DNA from: Mucisphaera calidilacus
GTDB taxonomy: Bacteria > Planctomycetota > Phycisphaerae > Phycisphaerales > Phycisphaeraceae
Length of the DNA: 32,000 nucleotides
Assembly: GCF_007748075.1 (NCBI RefSeq)
Contig: NZ_CP036280.1
Location: 2,520,001 to 2,552,000 of the forward strand
Reading direction: 5' to 3'
Below the pieces are notes generated by a model. The model saw only the letters and a program-made list of their open reading frames with translations, had not been told where the DNA came from and made no database searches. The translations under genes and the position numbers were made by a program. Below are positions 1 through 8,353 of this stretch, piece by piece. The first letter of the stretch is position 1. Every line of letters starts with the position of its first letter.

Positions 1-637
1 AGGCCGCCGCCCGCTCCTTGCTATCCCGCGCCAGACGCACCAGTTCCGAGAGACGCTCTCGCGAACGCTCCACCGACGCCACCGCTGAGGGCTTGACGCC
101 CCGACGCTGCATCCACAGGTGCGTGTTCTCCTCCTGGCAGTATCGCGCGACCAGATTCCGCGCCCGCTCCGGCACCGCCATCAGCACGCCGCCCTGAACC
201 ACGATGTAAGGCTCCCAAGCCACACGCAGCGTGTCGAGCACGCGATCAATCGTCGGCCAGTGATCAATCCGATGCGGGCGGTGAGGCGGCGCGAGCAGCA
301 GCTCCGCGTGATCGATAAACACGTAGTGCTCACGCGTGTCCGACCGGATCGCCGTGATCTGCTCCAGCACATCACAAGGCGGCTCCGTAAACGTCTCCGC
401 CAGCTCGTCACCCGCTCCCCCCGCGTCCAGCCAGAAGATCGCCGGACCCGACAGCTTCTCCATCACCGACGGCAAGCCCGACCCGACCTTCAACGACCAG
501 ACGTGCGGGAACACACGCTCACACCATTCGCCGCGTTCCATCGTTCCCGCGCGCACGAAGTCGCCGATGCCATACGCGTAAGCAAGCTGCATCAGCAGAT
601 CGTGCGGACAAACAACCTCGGGCATGGGCGTGGACAT
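1..637 (-). CDS. hypothetical protein, 3' end truncated by window edge; translationally coupled to wzt
   Basis: Not in the supplied track because it has no stop. I checked by hand that the minus-strand frame from ATG at 637 (alternative ATG at 625) is open down to position 2. The ATG overlaps the wzt stop (TGATG). Translation: MSTPMPEVVCPHDLLMQLAYAYGIGDFVRAGTMERGEW...AIFWLDAGGAGDELAETFTEPPCDVLEQI...YVFIDHAELL. Codon usage (G/T-ending) matches the other minus-strand genes. The FWLDA...ID motif pattern recalls some methyltransferase-associated domains, but this is unproven. Confidence 0.6.
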   Translation of the reverse strand, partial: MSTPMPEVVCPHDLLMQLAYAYGIGDFVRAGTMERGEWCERVFPHVWSLKVGSGLPSVMEKLSGPAIFWLDAGGAGDELAETFTEPPCDVLEQITAIRSDTREHYVFIDHAELLLAPPHRPHRIDHWPTIDRVLDTLRVAWEPYIVVQGGVLMAVPERARNLVARYCQEENTHLWMQRRGVKPSAVASVERSRERLSELVRLARDSKERAAA

Positions 638-1911
638 CAGGCGGCTTTCCTGCCATCAAGAGGAACCGAAACATCATCGATCACGTCGTGCGACCAGTCG
701 GCGTCCACCAGCATGTGGCCGTGCACCGGGTGCGGCAGCTCGTGCGTCTCGTAGAACACCCCGGGGATCACCGTCAGGTTCAAGGCGTTGTTCACCTGAT
801 CCACACGCTGGCCCTGGCTCGTGTCACGGAAGATCGTCAGCGAAAGCTGATACCCGCCCGGCACCAGCGGCAACCGTGGCACCGTGCAGGTAAACCGACC
901 GCGCCCCGGCAGGTCACTGAACTGCTGGCCGTTCAACCGGCTGTGGTGATGGAACAGCGGGACATCTCCGCCGCTCCGCGCGATCAGGCCCACCGCCAGC
1001 GGCCCCAGACCCGACACGTCACCCACCACCTCGTACTCCATCGTCACGCTCAGCGACTGACCGCTGCGGATCACCTCCACCGGGTCACCCGTCTCGTCCT
1101 CCATCGTCACGCTGCGGATCCGAACCTCGCCCGTGCCCTCACGGTTGCCCAGGTTCTGCTCCGTCGCGTCGCCATCCTGCAGCGAACGCAGATACGCACC
1201 CACGCCCTCCGCCGCCGAGCCGTCGTAGATCATCTTCCCGTGACTCAGCACAATCGCGCGGTCACACATGCTCTCGATCGCCGCCATGTTGTGGCTGATG
1301 AACAACACCGTCCGACCCGACTTGGCCACGTCCGACATCTTGCCCATGCAACGCTTGCGGAACGCCGTGTCCCCCACCGCCAGCACCTCGTCGATGATCA
1401 GGATCTCCGGGTCCAGGTGCGCCGCCACCGCGAACGCCAGCCGGACCGACATCCCCGACGAGTAACGCTTCACCGGCGTGTCGAGAAACTGCTCCGTGCC
1501 CGAAAAGTCCACGATCGCGTCGAAACGACTCGCGATCTCCTTCCGCGTCATCCCCAGGATCGACCCGTTGAGAAAGATGTTCTCACGACCCGTCAGCTCC
1601 GGGTGAAAACCGGTCCCCACCTCCAGCAGGCTCCCCACCCGGCCCCGGAACCACGCCGAACCGGTCGTCGGGGCCGTGATCTGCGCCAGCACCTTCAGCA
1701 GCGTCGACTTGCCCGCGCCGTTACGCCCGATGATCCCCACGCACTGACCCGCCTCCACGTCAAAACTGATGTCACGCAACGCCCAGAACGACGCCCGACG
1801 CGACGCGCCACGACCCGTAAACAGGTCACGCAGCGAACCGGCCAGCGGCTGGCTCGCGCCCAGGCGGTAACGCTTCGAAAGGTTCTCGGCATGGATCACG
1901 GGACGACTCAA
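637..1911 (-). CDS. wzt: polysaccharide/O-antigen ABC exporter ATP-binding protein (Wzt/TagH type) with C-terminal extra domain
   Basis: Walker A GRNGAGKST, ABC signature YSSGMSVRLAFA and Walker B ILIIDEVLAVGD are present. About 170 aa follow the NBD (GEVRIRSVTMEDETGDPV...YQLSLTIF), resembling the Wzt C-terminal carbohydrate-binding domain. TTG start at 1911 with GAGGAG about 9 nt upstream. Confidence 0.9.
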   Translation of the reverse strand: MSRPVIHAENLSKRYRLGASQPLAGSLRDLFTGRGASRRASFWALRDISFDVEAGQCVGIIGRNGAGKSTLLKVLAQITAPTTGSAWFRGRVGSLLEVGTGFHPELTGRENIFLNGSILGMTRKEIASRFDAIVDFSGTEQFLDTPVKRYSSGMSVRLAFAVAAHLDPEILIIDEVLAVGDTAFRKRCMGKMSDVAKSGRTVLFISHNMAAIESMCDRAIVLSHGKMIYDGSAAEGVGAYLRSLQDGDATEQNLGNREGTGEVRIRSVTMEDETGDPVEVIRSGQSLSVTMEYEVVGDVSGLGPLAVGLIARSGGDVPLFHHHSRLNGQQFSDLPGRGRFTCTVPRLPLVPGGYQLSLTIFRDTSQGQRVDQVNNALNLTVIPGVFYETHELPHPVHGHMLVDADWSHDVIDDVSVPLDGRKAA

Positions 1912-1927
1912 ACCGCTCGCTCCTCGC

Positions 1928-2800
1928 TCAGATCACGTCCGCAAAACTGCGCTCGGCACGCGTGAAGATCACCGCGCCCACCACCATCAGCAGCGAACCG
2001 ATCGCCACGGGCATCATCAGCGTCGACATCGTCATCGGCTGATCCAGGATCGCCGCGCGGAACGCGTCGATCACACCCGTCATCGGGTTCAGCATCAGCA
2101 GCCACCGATAACCCTCCGGCAGGATCGCAGGCGGGTACAGCACGGGCGTCATGAAAAACCACGTCTGCATCACAAAGGGCAACGCGTGACGCGTGTCCCG
2201 GTACCACACCGTCAACGCCGACAACGCCAGACCCACACCCACCGCCGAGAGCAACGCGCCCAGCAACGCCACCGGCAACGCCAGCAGCGACACCGAGAAC
2301 GACACGCCCAGAAACACCATCAGGCCGAACAGCACCACCAACGCCAACGCGAAATCCACCAGCGGCACCGTCGCCGCCGAGATCGGCAGCAGGATCCGAG
2401 GGAAATACACCTTCGTCAAGATGTGCTGGTTCGCGATCAGGCTCTGCGTCGACGACGTGATCGTCGTCGTGAACAGGTTCCACGGCAGAAGACCCGCAAA
2501 CAGGAAGATCGGGTACGCCACGCCCCCAACCCGGTCCTCCAGGCCCATCGCCTTCCCGAAAAACACGTGCAGCACCACCATGCTCACCAGCGGCTGGATC
2601 ACCGCCCAGAGCGTCCCCAGACACGTCTGCCGATAACGCACCGAGAAGTCTCGCTTCGCCAGCGACCACGCCAGCTCGCGGTAACGCCACAACACCGCCG
2701 GCGACAACGACTGCAACGCGAGCCCCGGCCCGATGCGGGTGATGGCCTCACCCTTGCCACCATGCAGGGCGCGATCAGGATGCGTGGAGACCGTGGACAC
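1928..2800 (-). CDS. wzm: ABC-2 type polysaccharide exporter permease (Wzm type)
   Basis: The N-terminal region carries LWRYRELAWSLAKRDFSVRYRQTCLGTLWAVIQP, typical of the ABC-2/Wzm family, followed by 6 hydrophobic segments. The maximal ORF reaches a TTG at 2887. I prefer GTG at 2800 because GGAAGG lies 6 nt upstream. The start is uncertain. Confidence 0.85.
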   Translation of the reverse strand: MSTVSTHPDRALHGGKGEAITRIGPGLALQSLSPAVLWRYRELAWSLAKRDFSVRYRQTCLGTLWAVIQPLVSMVVLHVFFGKAMGLEDRVGGVAYPIFLFAGLLPWNLFTTTITSSTQSLIANQHILTKVYFPRILLPISAATVPLVDFALALVVLFGLMVFLGVSFSVSLLALPVALLGALLSAVGVGLALSALTVWYRDTRHALPFVMQTWFFMTPVLYPPAILPEGYRWLLMLNPMTGVIDAFRAAILDQPMTMSTLMMPVAIGSLLMVVGAVIFTRAERSFADVI

Positions 2801-2926
2801 GAAGGACCTTCCGCAGTCAGGTTCACCGGCGACACACGCCACCGGCCACTGCGATATCGATCCAACACCCCACGCACGGTGAGTCAATCACGCCACCACC
2901 CCGAGTGTCCGATACCCCCCACGCCA

Positions 2927-3604
2927 TCAGTAGTCCGGATAAAGCCCGCCCGACTCGATCACCCAGTCCGCCACACGCTCCGCCGCGCCCGCCACGTCAT
3001 CGTCCGATACATCCAGCTCCAGCAGCGGCAACCGAGTCGCCCGGCAGACCGCCTTCATCGCCTCCTGCTCACGCACGAACACCGACAGGTCGTCGTACTG
3101 CGACGGGTTGCCCGACACCTTCAGCCGCTCCTCCCGCGCCGCCTCGAACGAGTCCGGGTCGCGATGACACAACACCATCCGGAACCCCACCGCAGCCAGA
3201 CGCTCCTCCAGCCACCCGAAGTCGATCCGGTCGCCGTGCTCACGCTCCTGATACACCCGCGTCGACACGTGAAAACGGTCCACGATCCACGCGTAGTAAC
3301 GCATCTGCTCAAAAAGCGTCATCCACGTCTCGTACGTCGACATCGCCAACGCACGCTCGTCGGGATTGAAATTGATCAGGCCCCGGCCCCACGGCGTGTC
3401 CGTGAACCCGCACCACTCGCCCGACACCAGAGGCGTGTGATAACGATACTTGCGATTCCCCACCAGCCTCGGGTGCTCCGTCAGCGCGAACGCCAGGTCC
3501 GTCTTGTGCACCAGACGCGTCCCCTCAAAAATCACCTTCGGGCAATACTTCGTCGAACGGGGACGGGAAGACGACGACGCTGTCGCAGAAGCTTTCTTGA
3601 CCAT
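2927..3604 (-). CDS. hypothetical protein with degenerate Walker-A-like motif
   Basis: 225-aa ORF with an ATG start, normal (not low-complexity) composition and codon usage typical of minus-strand genes. Contains EGTRLVHKT, a GxxxxGK[ST]-like motif with the second Gly replaced. First gene of the co-directional wzm-wzt block. No family recognised. Confidence 0.65.
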   Translation of the reverse strand: MVKKASATASSSSRPRSTKYCPKVIFEGTRLVHKTDLAFALTEHPRLVGNRKYRYHTPLVSGEWCGFTDTPWGRGLINFNPDERALAMSTYETWMTLFEQMRYYAWIVDRFHVSTRVYQEREHGDRIDFGWLEERLAAVGFRMVLCHRDPDSFEAAREERLKVSGNPSQYDDLSVFVREQEAMKAVCRATRLPLLELDVSDDDVAGAAERVADWVIESGGLYPDY

Positions 3605-3650
3605 CCGCGCAGTCTAGCAACCACACACCGGATTTCGAGCGCCGCCCGGG

Positions 3651-3656
3651 TATAAT
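3651..3656 (+). promoter_or_regulatory. candidate -10 box (TATAAT) for the NTF2-like gene
   Basis: Perfect TATAAT in the 108-bp divergent intergenic region, 57 nt upstream of the ATG at 3713. AAGGAG RBS near 3697-3702. No convincing -35 element found. Confidence 0.3.
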
Positions 3657-3712
3657 GGTCTCGGCTGTTCGGGATCCCATCACCACACGACACGAAGAGA
3701 AGGAGCACCCCC

Positions 3713-4105
3713 ATGCCCGAGAAGATGTCCCAGACCATGACCGTCGGCAGGAAACTCGTCGAGCTCTGCAACCAGGGCCAGTTCCTCCAAGCCATCAACG
3801 AACTCTACGACGACAGCATCCACGCCATCGAGCCCTGCGCCATGCCCGGCATGGACCAGGACCTCAAAGGCATCGACGCCATCCGCCAGAAATCGCAGGG
3901 GTGGTCAGACAACCACGAAGTCCACAGCTGCGCGATCAAGGGCCCCTTCCCCCATGGCGACCGCTTCGCCCTCCTCATGAACATCGACGTCACCCCCAAG
4001 GCCGGGCCCATGGCCAACCAACGCATGCAGATGGAAGAGGTCTGCCTCTACACCGTCGCCAACGGAAAGATCGTCAAGGAAGAATTCTTCTACGACACCG
4101 AGTAA
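3713..4105 (+). CDS. NTF2/SnoaL-like domain protein
   Basis: 130 aa with size and pattern typical of small SnoaL/NTF2-like proteins (LVELCNQGQFLQAINELYDDSIHAIEP ... VANGKIVKEEFFYD). Good RBS. Confidence 0.7.
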   Translation: MPEKMSQTMTVGRKLVELCNQGQFLQAINELYDDSIHAIEPCAMPGMDQDLKGIDAIRQKSQGWSDNHEVHSCAIKGPFPHGDRFALLMNIDVTPKAGPMANQRMQMEEVCLYTVANGKIVKEEFFYDTE

Positions 4106-4850
4106 GCAACGCCAGCCCCAGCACCACACCCGACGACGGCTCGGGAACCTCCGGGATGTCCAGACTCACCAGCACGCGGTGCACGTTGTTCGTCTCATCC
4201 GTCTCACGCACGTAGTCCGACGGATCCACCTCCACCTCCAGCCAGTACGTCCCCGAAGGCACACCCGTCACGTCGATCCACTGCTCCGGGATCCCGTTGA
4301 AGTAGAGGTCCAGCCAGCCCACCGACACACCCAGGATCGGAGCACGGTAATCCTGGTAGACCGCCTTGGGCGAGGCGTTCGGCAGCGACAGATCCCAGAA
4401 CGTCGAGTCCACCAGCGCCTGGCTCGTCTTGAGCTTCGTCGCCACCACGTCACCCACCCGATACGCATCCCCGTCAGGCACCGCCTCGAGCAGGCTGTAT
4501 CGCGCCAGCCCCACAAGATAAAGATGCCCGAAGTGCGGGTGAGCATCCTCGAACACGCCCATCACCACACGCTCGTACGACCCGTCCTCCTGATAGATGT
4601 GCTGATACACCGTCTGCGTGCTCTGCTCGTCCGTTTCCTCGTACACCTCGAACGGGCCGTCGCCGATGTTCGGAATCGCCGTCGAAAACCGGAAGATCAC
4701 ACGCCCGGGCACCACATCCAGATCGAACGACCCGTCATACATGAACCCGCGTACGCGCGATGACACCGCCGTCAGGTCAGGCAGCAACGCCCCCGCCGAC
4801 GCCGAGGACACCACCATCAGACTCATCACAACGCTCATCCAGACACGCAT
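4074..4850 (-). CDS. secreted lysyl-oxidase-like domain protein with PEP-CTERM sorting signal
   Basis: Internal ATG at 4850 preceded by GGAGGAGG. Signal peptide MRVWMSVVMSLMVVSSASA. LPDL...RFSTAIPNIGDGPF, AHPHFGH and QWIDVTGVPSGTYWLEVEVDPSDYVRETDETNN closely parallel the animal LOX catalytic-domain C-terminus as I recall it ([33 protein letters not shown]). C-terminus is VPEPSSGVVLGLALLTRCRRR (PEP-CTERM). The upstream 180 codons of track ORF 4074..5390 are G/D/A-rich shadow sequence. Confidence 0.8.
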   Translation of the reverse strand: MRVWMSVVMSLMVVSSASAGALLPDLTAVSSRVRGFMYDGSFDLDVVPGRVIFRFSTAIPNIGDGPFEVYEETDEQSTQTVYQHIYQEDGSYERVVMGVFEDAHPHFGHLYLVGLARYSLLEAVPDGDAYRVGDVVATKLKTSQALVDSTFWDLSLPNASPKAVYQDYRAPILGVSVGWLDLYFNGIPEQWIDVTGVPSGTYWLEVEVDPSDYVRETDETNNVHRVLVSLDIPEVPEPSSGVVLGLALLTRCRRRILP

Positions 4851-4967
4851 CGCATCGCCTCCTCCGTGCACAACACCCCGACAGTATGCGCCACGAATCG
4901 CGCCCCGGTCGGGCCAACCCGCCGCCGCAAACCAATCTTCAACCCGACACACCGGTAAAATACGGCC

Positions 4968-5417
4968 ATGCCTGAGCCTACCCACCAGCTGATCACCATC
5001 GGCTGGCGCGAATACGTCGCACTGCCCGAATGGGGCATCACGCGCCTCCGCGCCAAGATCGACACCGGCGCACGAACCAGCGCCATCGACGTCCCCGAGA
5101 TCGAGGAACTGCCCGACGACCGCATCCGCTTCGAAGTCGTTCTCAACCACGGACCCCGACGACGAGCACGCATCGTCGAGGCAGACGTCGTCCGAACCAC
5201 CAAGGTCAAGCCCAGCACCGGCGAAAAACAGGAACGCATCGTCTGCCAGACGCCCATGATCCTCGCCGGACAGACCACCAGCATCGAGATCAGCCTCGTC
5301 TGCCGACGTCGCATGCAGTCCCGCATGCTCGTCGGACGCAGCGCCCTCGCCGAACACTTCCTCGTCGATGCCGCCAGAACGTTCCTCCACCCACCCGCCA
5401 GCGGAGTACGACCATGA
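4968..5417 (+). CDS. RimB-like ATP-dependent zinc protease family (retropepsin-like) protein
   Basis: 149 aa. IGWREYVALPEWGI..LRAKIDTGARTSAI matches the family commonly encoded next to rimK. Its stop overlaps the rimK start (ATGA at 5414-5417). Confidence 0.8.
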   Translation: MPEPTHQLITIGWREYVALPEWGITRLRAKIDTGARTSAIDVPEIEELPDDRIRFEVVLNHGPRRRARIVEADVVRTTKVKPSTGEKQERIVCQTPMILAGQTTSIEISLVCRRRMQSRMLVGRSALAEHFLVDAARTFLHPPASGVRP

Positions 5418-6631
5418 AACTCGGCATCCTCACCATCGGCCCACGCCTCTACTCCAGCCGACGACTCCGGCAGGCCGCCGTCGAACGCGGCCACAAGGTC
5501 CGCATGCTCAACACCCTCCGCTTCGGCATCGACCTCGAACACGGCGAACCCGACCTCGTCTACCGATCACGACCCCTGCCCCTCCTCGACGCCATCATCC
5601 CGCGCATCGGCGCCTCCATCACCTACTTCGGAACCGCCGTCGTCCGCCAGTTCGAGCAGATGGACGTCTACACGCCCAACCCCGCCAACGCCATCAACAA
5701 CGCACGCGACAAACTCCGCTCGCTCCAGATCCTCAGCCGACACGACATCGGCATCCCCACCACCACCTTCGTCCGCGACCGCGAAGACGTCCTCCCCGCC
5801 ATCGAACGTATCGGCGGCGCACCCGTCATCATCAAGATCCTCGAGGGAACCCAGGGCGTCGGCGTCATCCTCGCCGACAACACCAAGATCGCCGAGGCCA
5901 TCATCGAAACGATGCAGAGCGCCAAACAAAACGTCCTCATCCAGCGATTCGTCAAAGAGAGCCGCGGCACCGACATCCGCGCCATCGTCGTCGGCGACAC
6001 CGTCGTCGCCGCCATGCGACGCAGCGCCAAGGGCGACGAGTTCCGAAGCAACGTCCACCGCGGCGGTCGGACCTCCAGCATCGAACTCGACCCCCTCTAC
6101 CAGGAAACCGCCGTCCGCGCCGCCCAGATCATGGGCCTCAAGGTCGCCGGCGTCGACATGCTCGAGTCCGACGAAGGCCCCCTCATCATGGAAGTCAACT
6201 CCACGCCCGGACTCGAAGGCATCGAGAAAGCCACCAAGCTCGACGTCGCAGGCGTCATCATCGACTACATCGCCTCGCAGGTCGCCTTCCCCGAACTCGA
6301 CATCCGACAAAGACTCACCGTCTCCAAAGGCTACGGCGTCACCGAACTCACCATCCCCAAGGACTCCCCCATCCTCGGCCAGACCCTCGCCAACTCCGGA
6401 CTCCGCGACCGCGATATCGTCGTCCTCAACCTCCACCGCGGCACCAGCGTCATCTCCAACCCCAAAGAATCACGCACCCTCGAAGCGGGCGACCGACTCC
6501 TCTGCTACGGCAAACTCGACGCCATGCGCGACATGATCCCCGCGCGCAAAAAACGCCGTAAACGCGTCCGCATCCAGAAACTCGACCCCGACACCCTCAA
6601 GAACCTCCCCCAGCACGACGAACCCGCCTGA
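5414..6631 (+). CDS. rimK: RimK-type alpha-L-glutamate ligase (ATP-grasp) with C-terminal TrkA-C/RCK_C-like domain
   Basis: MKLGILT...ARDKLRSLQIL...GAPVIIKILEGTQGVGVIL...IQRFVKESRGTDIRAIVVGD...FRSNVHRGG...AGVDMLES..GPLIMEVNSTPGLEGIE is a canonical RimK ATP-grasp. After about aa 300, VTELTIPKDSPILGQTLANSGLRDRDIVVLNLHRGTSVISNPKESRTLEAGDRLLCYGK has a TrkA-C pattern, followed by a K/R-rich tail. The upstream part of track ORF 5030..6631 is shadow sequence. Confidence 0.9.
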   Translation: MKLGILTIGPRLYSSRRLRQAAVERGHKVRMLNTLRFGIDLEHGEPDLVYRSRPLPLLDAIIPRIGASITYFGTAVVRQFEQMDVYTPNPANAINNARDKLRSLQILSRHDIGIPTTTFVRDREDVLPAIERIGGAPVIIKILEGTQGVGVILADNTKIAEAIIETMQSAKQNVLIQRFVKESRGTDIRAIVVGDTVVAAMRRSAKGDEFRSNVHRGGRTSSIELDPLYQETAVRAAQIMGLKVAGVDMLESDEGPLIMEVNSTPGLEGIEKATKLDVAGVIIDYIASQVAFPELDIRQRLTVSKGYGVTELTIPKDSPILGQTLANSGLRDRDIVVLNLHRGTSVISNPKESRTLEAGDRLLCYGKLDAMRDMIPARKKRRKRVRIQKLDPDTLKNLPQHDEPA

Positions 6632-6666
6632 CCCGCCGCATCAACTGGATTCCTCACGCTCAAGCC

Positions 6667-6680
6667 GTCATCATGATGAC
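6667..6680. promoter_or_regulatory. 14-bp perfect palindrome GTCATCATGATGAC, candidate operator upstream of the symporter gene
   Basis: Read directly from the sequence. Lies in the 99-bp intergenic region, 51 nt upstream of the ATG at 6731. Confidence 0.3.
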
Positions 6681-6730
6681 AGGCTCGATATCACACAACG
6701 CATCGTCACAATCCGGAGCAAGGGTCCACC

Positions 6731-8353
6731 ATGGTCATCACCACCTTCCTGATCTTTACCGGTCTCGTCGCCCTGACCACCTACCTCCTCACACGCAAGG
6801 ACGACCGCGCCACCAACACCGGCTACTTCCTCGGCGGACGATCGCTCGGCGGCGTCGTGATCGCCGGCTCACTGCTCCTGACCAACCTCTCCACCGAGCA
6901 GATGGTCGGGCTCAATGGCGACGCCTACCGCGAAGGCCTCAGCGTCATGGCCTGGGAGATCGTCGCCGTCCTCGCCCTCGTCGCCATGGCCCTCTTCTTC
7001 CTCCCTCGCTTCCTCCGCTCAGGGGTGACCACCGTCCCCGAACTCCTCGAAAAACGCTTCGGACACTCCACCAGCGTCATCACCACCTTCATCTTCCTCA
7101 TCGCCTACGCCGTCATCCTCCTGCCCATCATCCTCTACACCGGCGCTATCGGCCTCGAGGGCATGCTCGACGTCAAATCACTCACCGGCATCAACTCCGA
7201 CACAGGCGTCCTCGTCTTCATGGTCGTCCTCGTCGGATGCATCGGCTCCGTCTACGCGCTCTTCGGCGGACTCCGATCCGTCGCCGTCTCCGACACACTC
7301 AACGGCGCGGGGCTCCTCGTCGGCGGCATGCTCATCGTTATCTTCGCACTCATGAAAGTCGGCGGCGAAGAAGGCATCCTCGGCGCCTTCGACGTCCTCG
7401 CCGAAGAACACCCCGAGAAACTCAACTCCATCGGCACCGAGTCCCAGTCCGTCCCCTTCGGCACTCTCTTCACAGGCGTCCTGCTCATCAACATGTTCTA
7501 CTGGACCACCAACCAGCAGATCATCCAGCGAACGCTCGGCGCCAAGAGCCTCCGCGAGGGACAGAAAGGCGTCCTGCTCTGCGGAACCCTCAAGCTCCTC
7601 GGGCCCCTCTACCTCGTCCTCCCGGGCATCCTCGCCTACCACCTCTACGCCGACACCGACATACGACCCGATCAGTCCTACGGCATCCTCGTCCGCGACG
7701 TCCTGCCCCCCTACCTCACCGGCTTCTTCGCCGCCGTCATGGTCGGCGCCATCCTCAGCTCCTTCAACTCCGCACTCAACTCCGCCTGCACGCTCTTCAG
7801 CCTCGGCGTCTACAAGTCCATCCTCAGACCCGACGCACCCGACAAACAGGTCGTCGCCTCCGGCAAGATCTTCGGCGGCATCCTCGCCATCGCCGCCATG
7901 ATCGTCGCCCCCATACTCCGAGGACAGGAAAGCATCTTCTCCTACCTCCAGACCATGAACGCCATGTACTTCATCCCCATCCTCGCCGTCGTCATCGTCG
8001 CCATGACCACCGCTCGCGTCCCCGAACGCGCCGCCAACACCGCACTCATCACCGGACTCGTCGTCATCGCCCTCGGCTACTTCATGCCCATCGCGTGGAT
8101 CGACGAACAGCCCTTCTACTTCGCCGGCGGCGTCATGAACACCTTCCACTTCTCCGGCGCCGTCTTCGCCTACCTCATCGTCATGATGCTCGTCATGGGC
8201 TCCGTCTGGCCCGCCGAGAAACCTTGGCAGGACGCCCACTCGGGCGACGTCGAGATCACCCCCTGGCCCTACGCCCTTCCCACCGGCATCAGCCTCGTCG
8301 TGATTGTCTTCACCATCTATCTCTACTTCGCCGACTTCTCCGTCCTCGCCTGA
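6731..8353 (+). CDS. sodium:solute symporter family transporter (SGLT-like, probably sugar)
   Basis: 540 aa with about 13-14 hydrophobic segments. The N-terminal YFLGGRSLGGVVIAGSLLLTNLSTEQMVGLNGDAYREGL is typical of SSS/SGLT-type carriers. Confidence 0.85.
   Translation: MVITTFLIFTGLVALTTYLLTRKDDRATNTGYFLGGRSLGGVVIAGSLLLTNLSTEQMVGLNGDAYREGLSVMAWEIVAVLALVAMALFFLPRFLRSGVTTVPELLEKRFGHSTSVITTFIFLIAYAVILLPIILYTGAIGLEGMLDVKSLTGINSDTGVLVFMVVLVGCIGSVYALFGGLRSVAVSDTLNGAGLLVGGMLIVIFALMKVGGEEGILGAFDVLAEEHPEKLNSIGTESQSVPFGTLFTGVLLINMFYWTTNQQIIQRTLGAKSLREGQKGVLLCGTLKLLGPLYLVLPGILAYHLYADTDIRPDQSYGILVRDVLPPYLTGFFAAVMVGAILSSFNSALNSACTLFSLGVYKSILRPDAPDKQVVASGKIFGGILAIAAMIVAPILRGQESIFSYLQTMNAMYFIPILAVVIVAMTTARVPERAANTALITGLVVIALGYFMPIAWIDEQPFYFAGGVMNTFHFSGAVFAYLIVMMLVMGSVWPAEKPWQDAHSGDVEITPWPYALPTGISLVVIVFTIYLYFADFSVLA

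Noticed and set aside
4851-5390. N-terminal 180 codons of track ORF 4074..5390. Similar upstream extensions exist for rimK (5030..5413), the lipoprotein (19028..20158), gltA (25217..25288) and atpB (29854..29967).
   Set aside because: The upstream parts are low-complexity, overlap other real genes or intergenic promoters, and lack an RBS. Internal starts with good Shine-Dalgarno sequences and signal peptides or canonical N-termini fit better.
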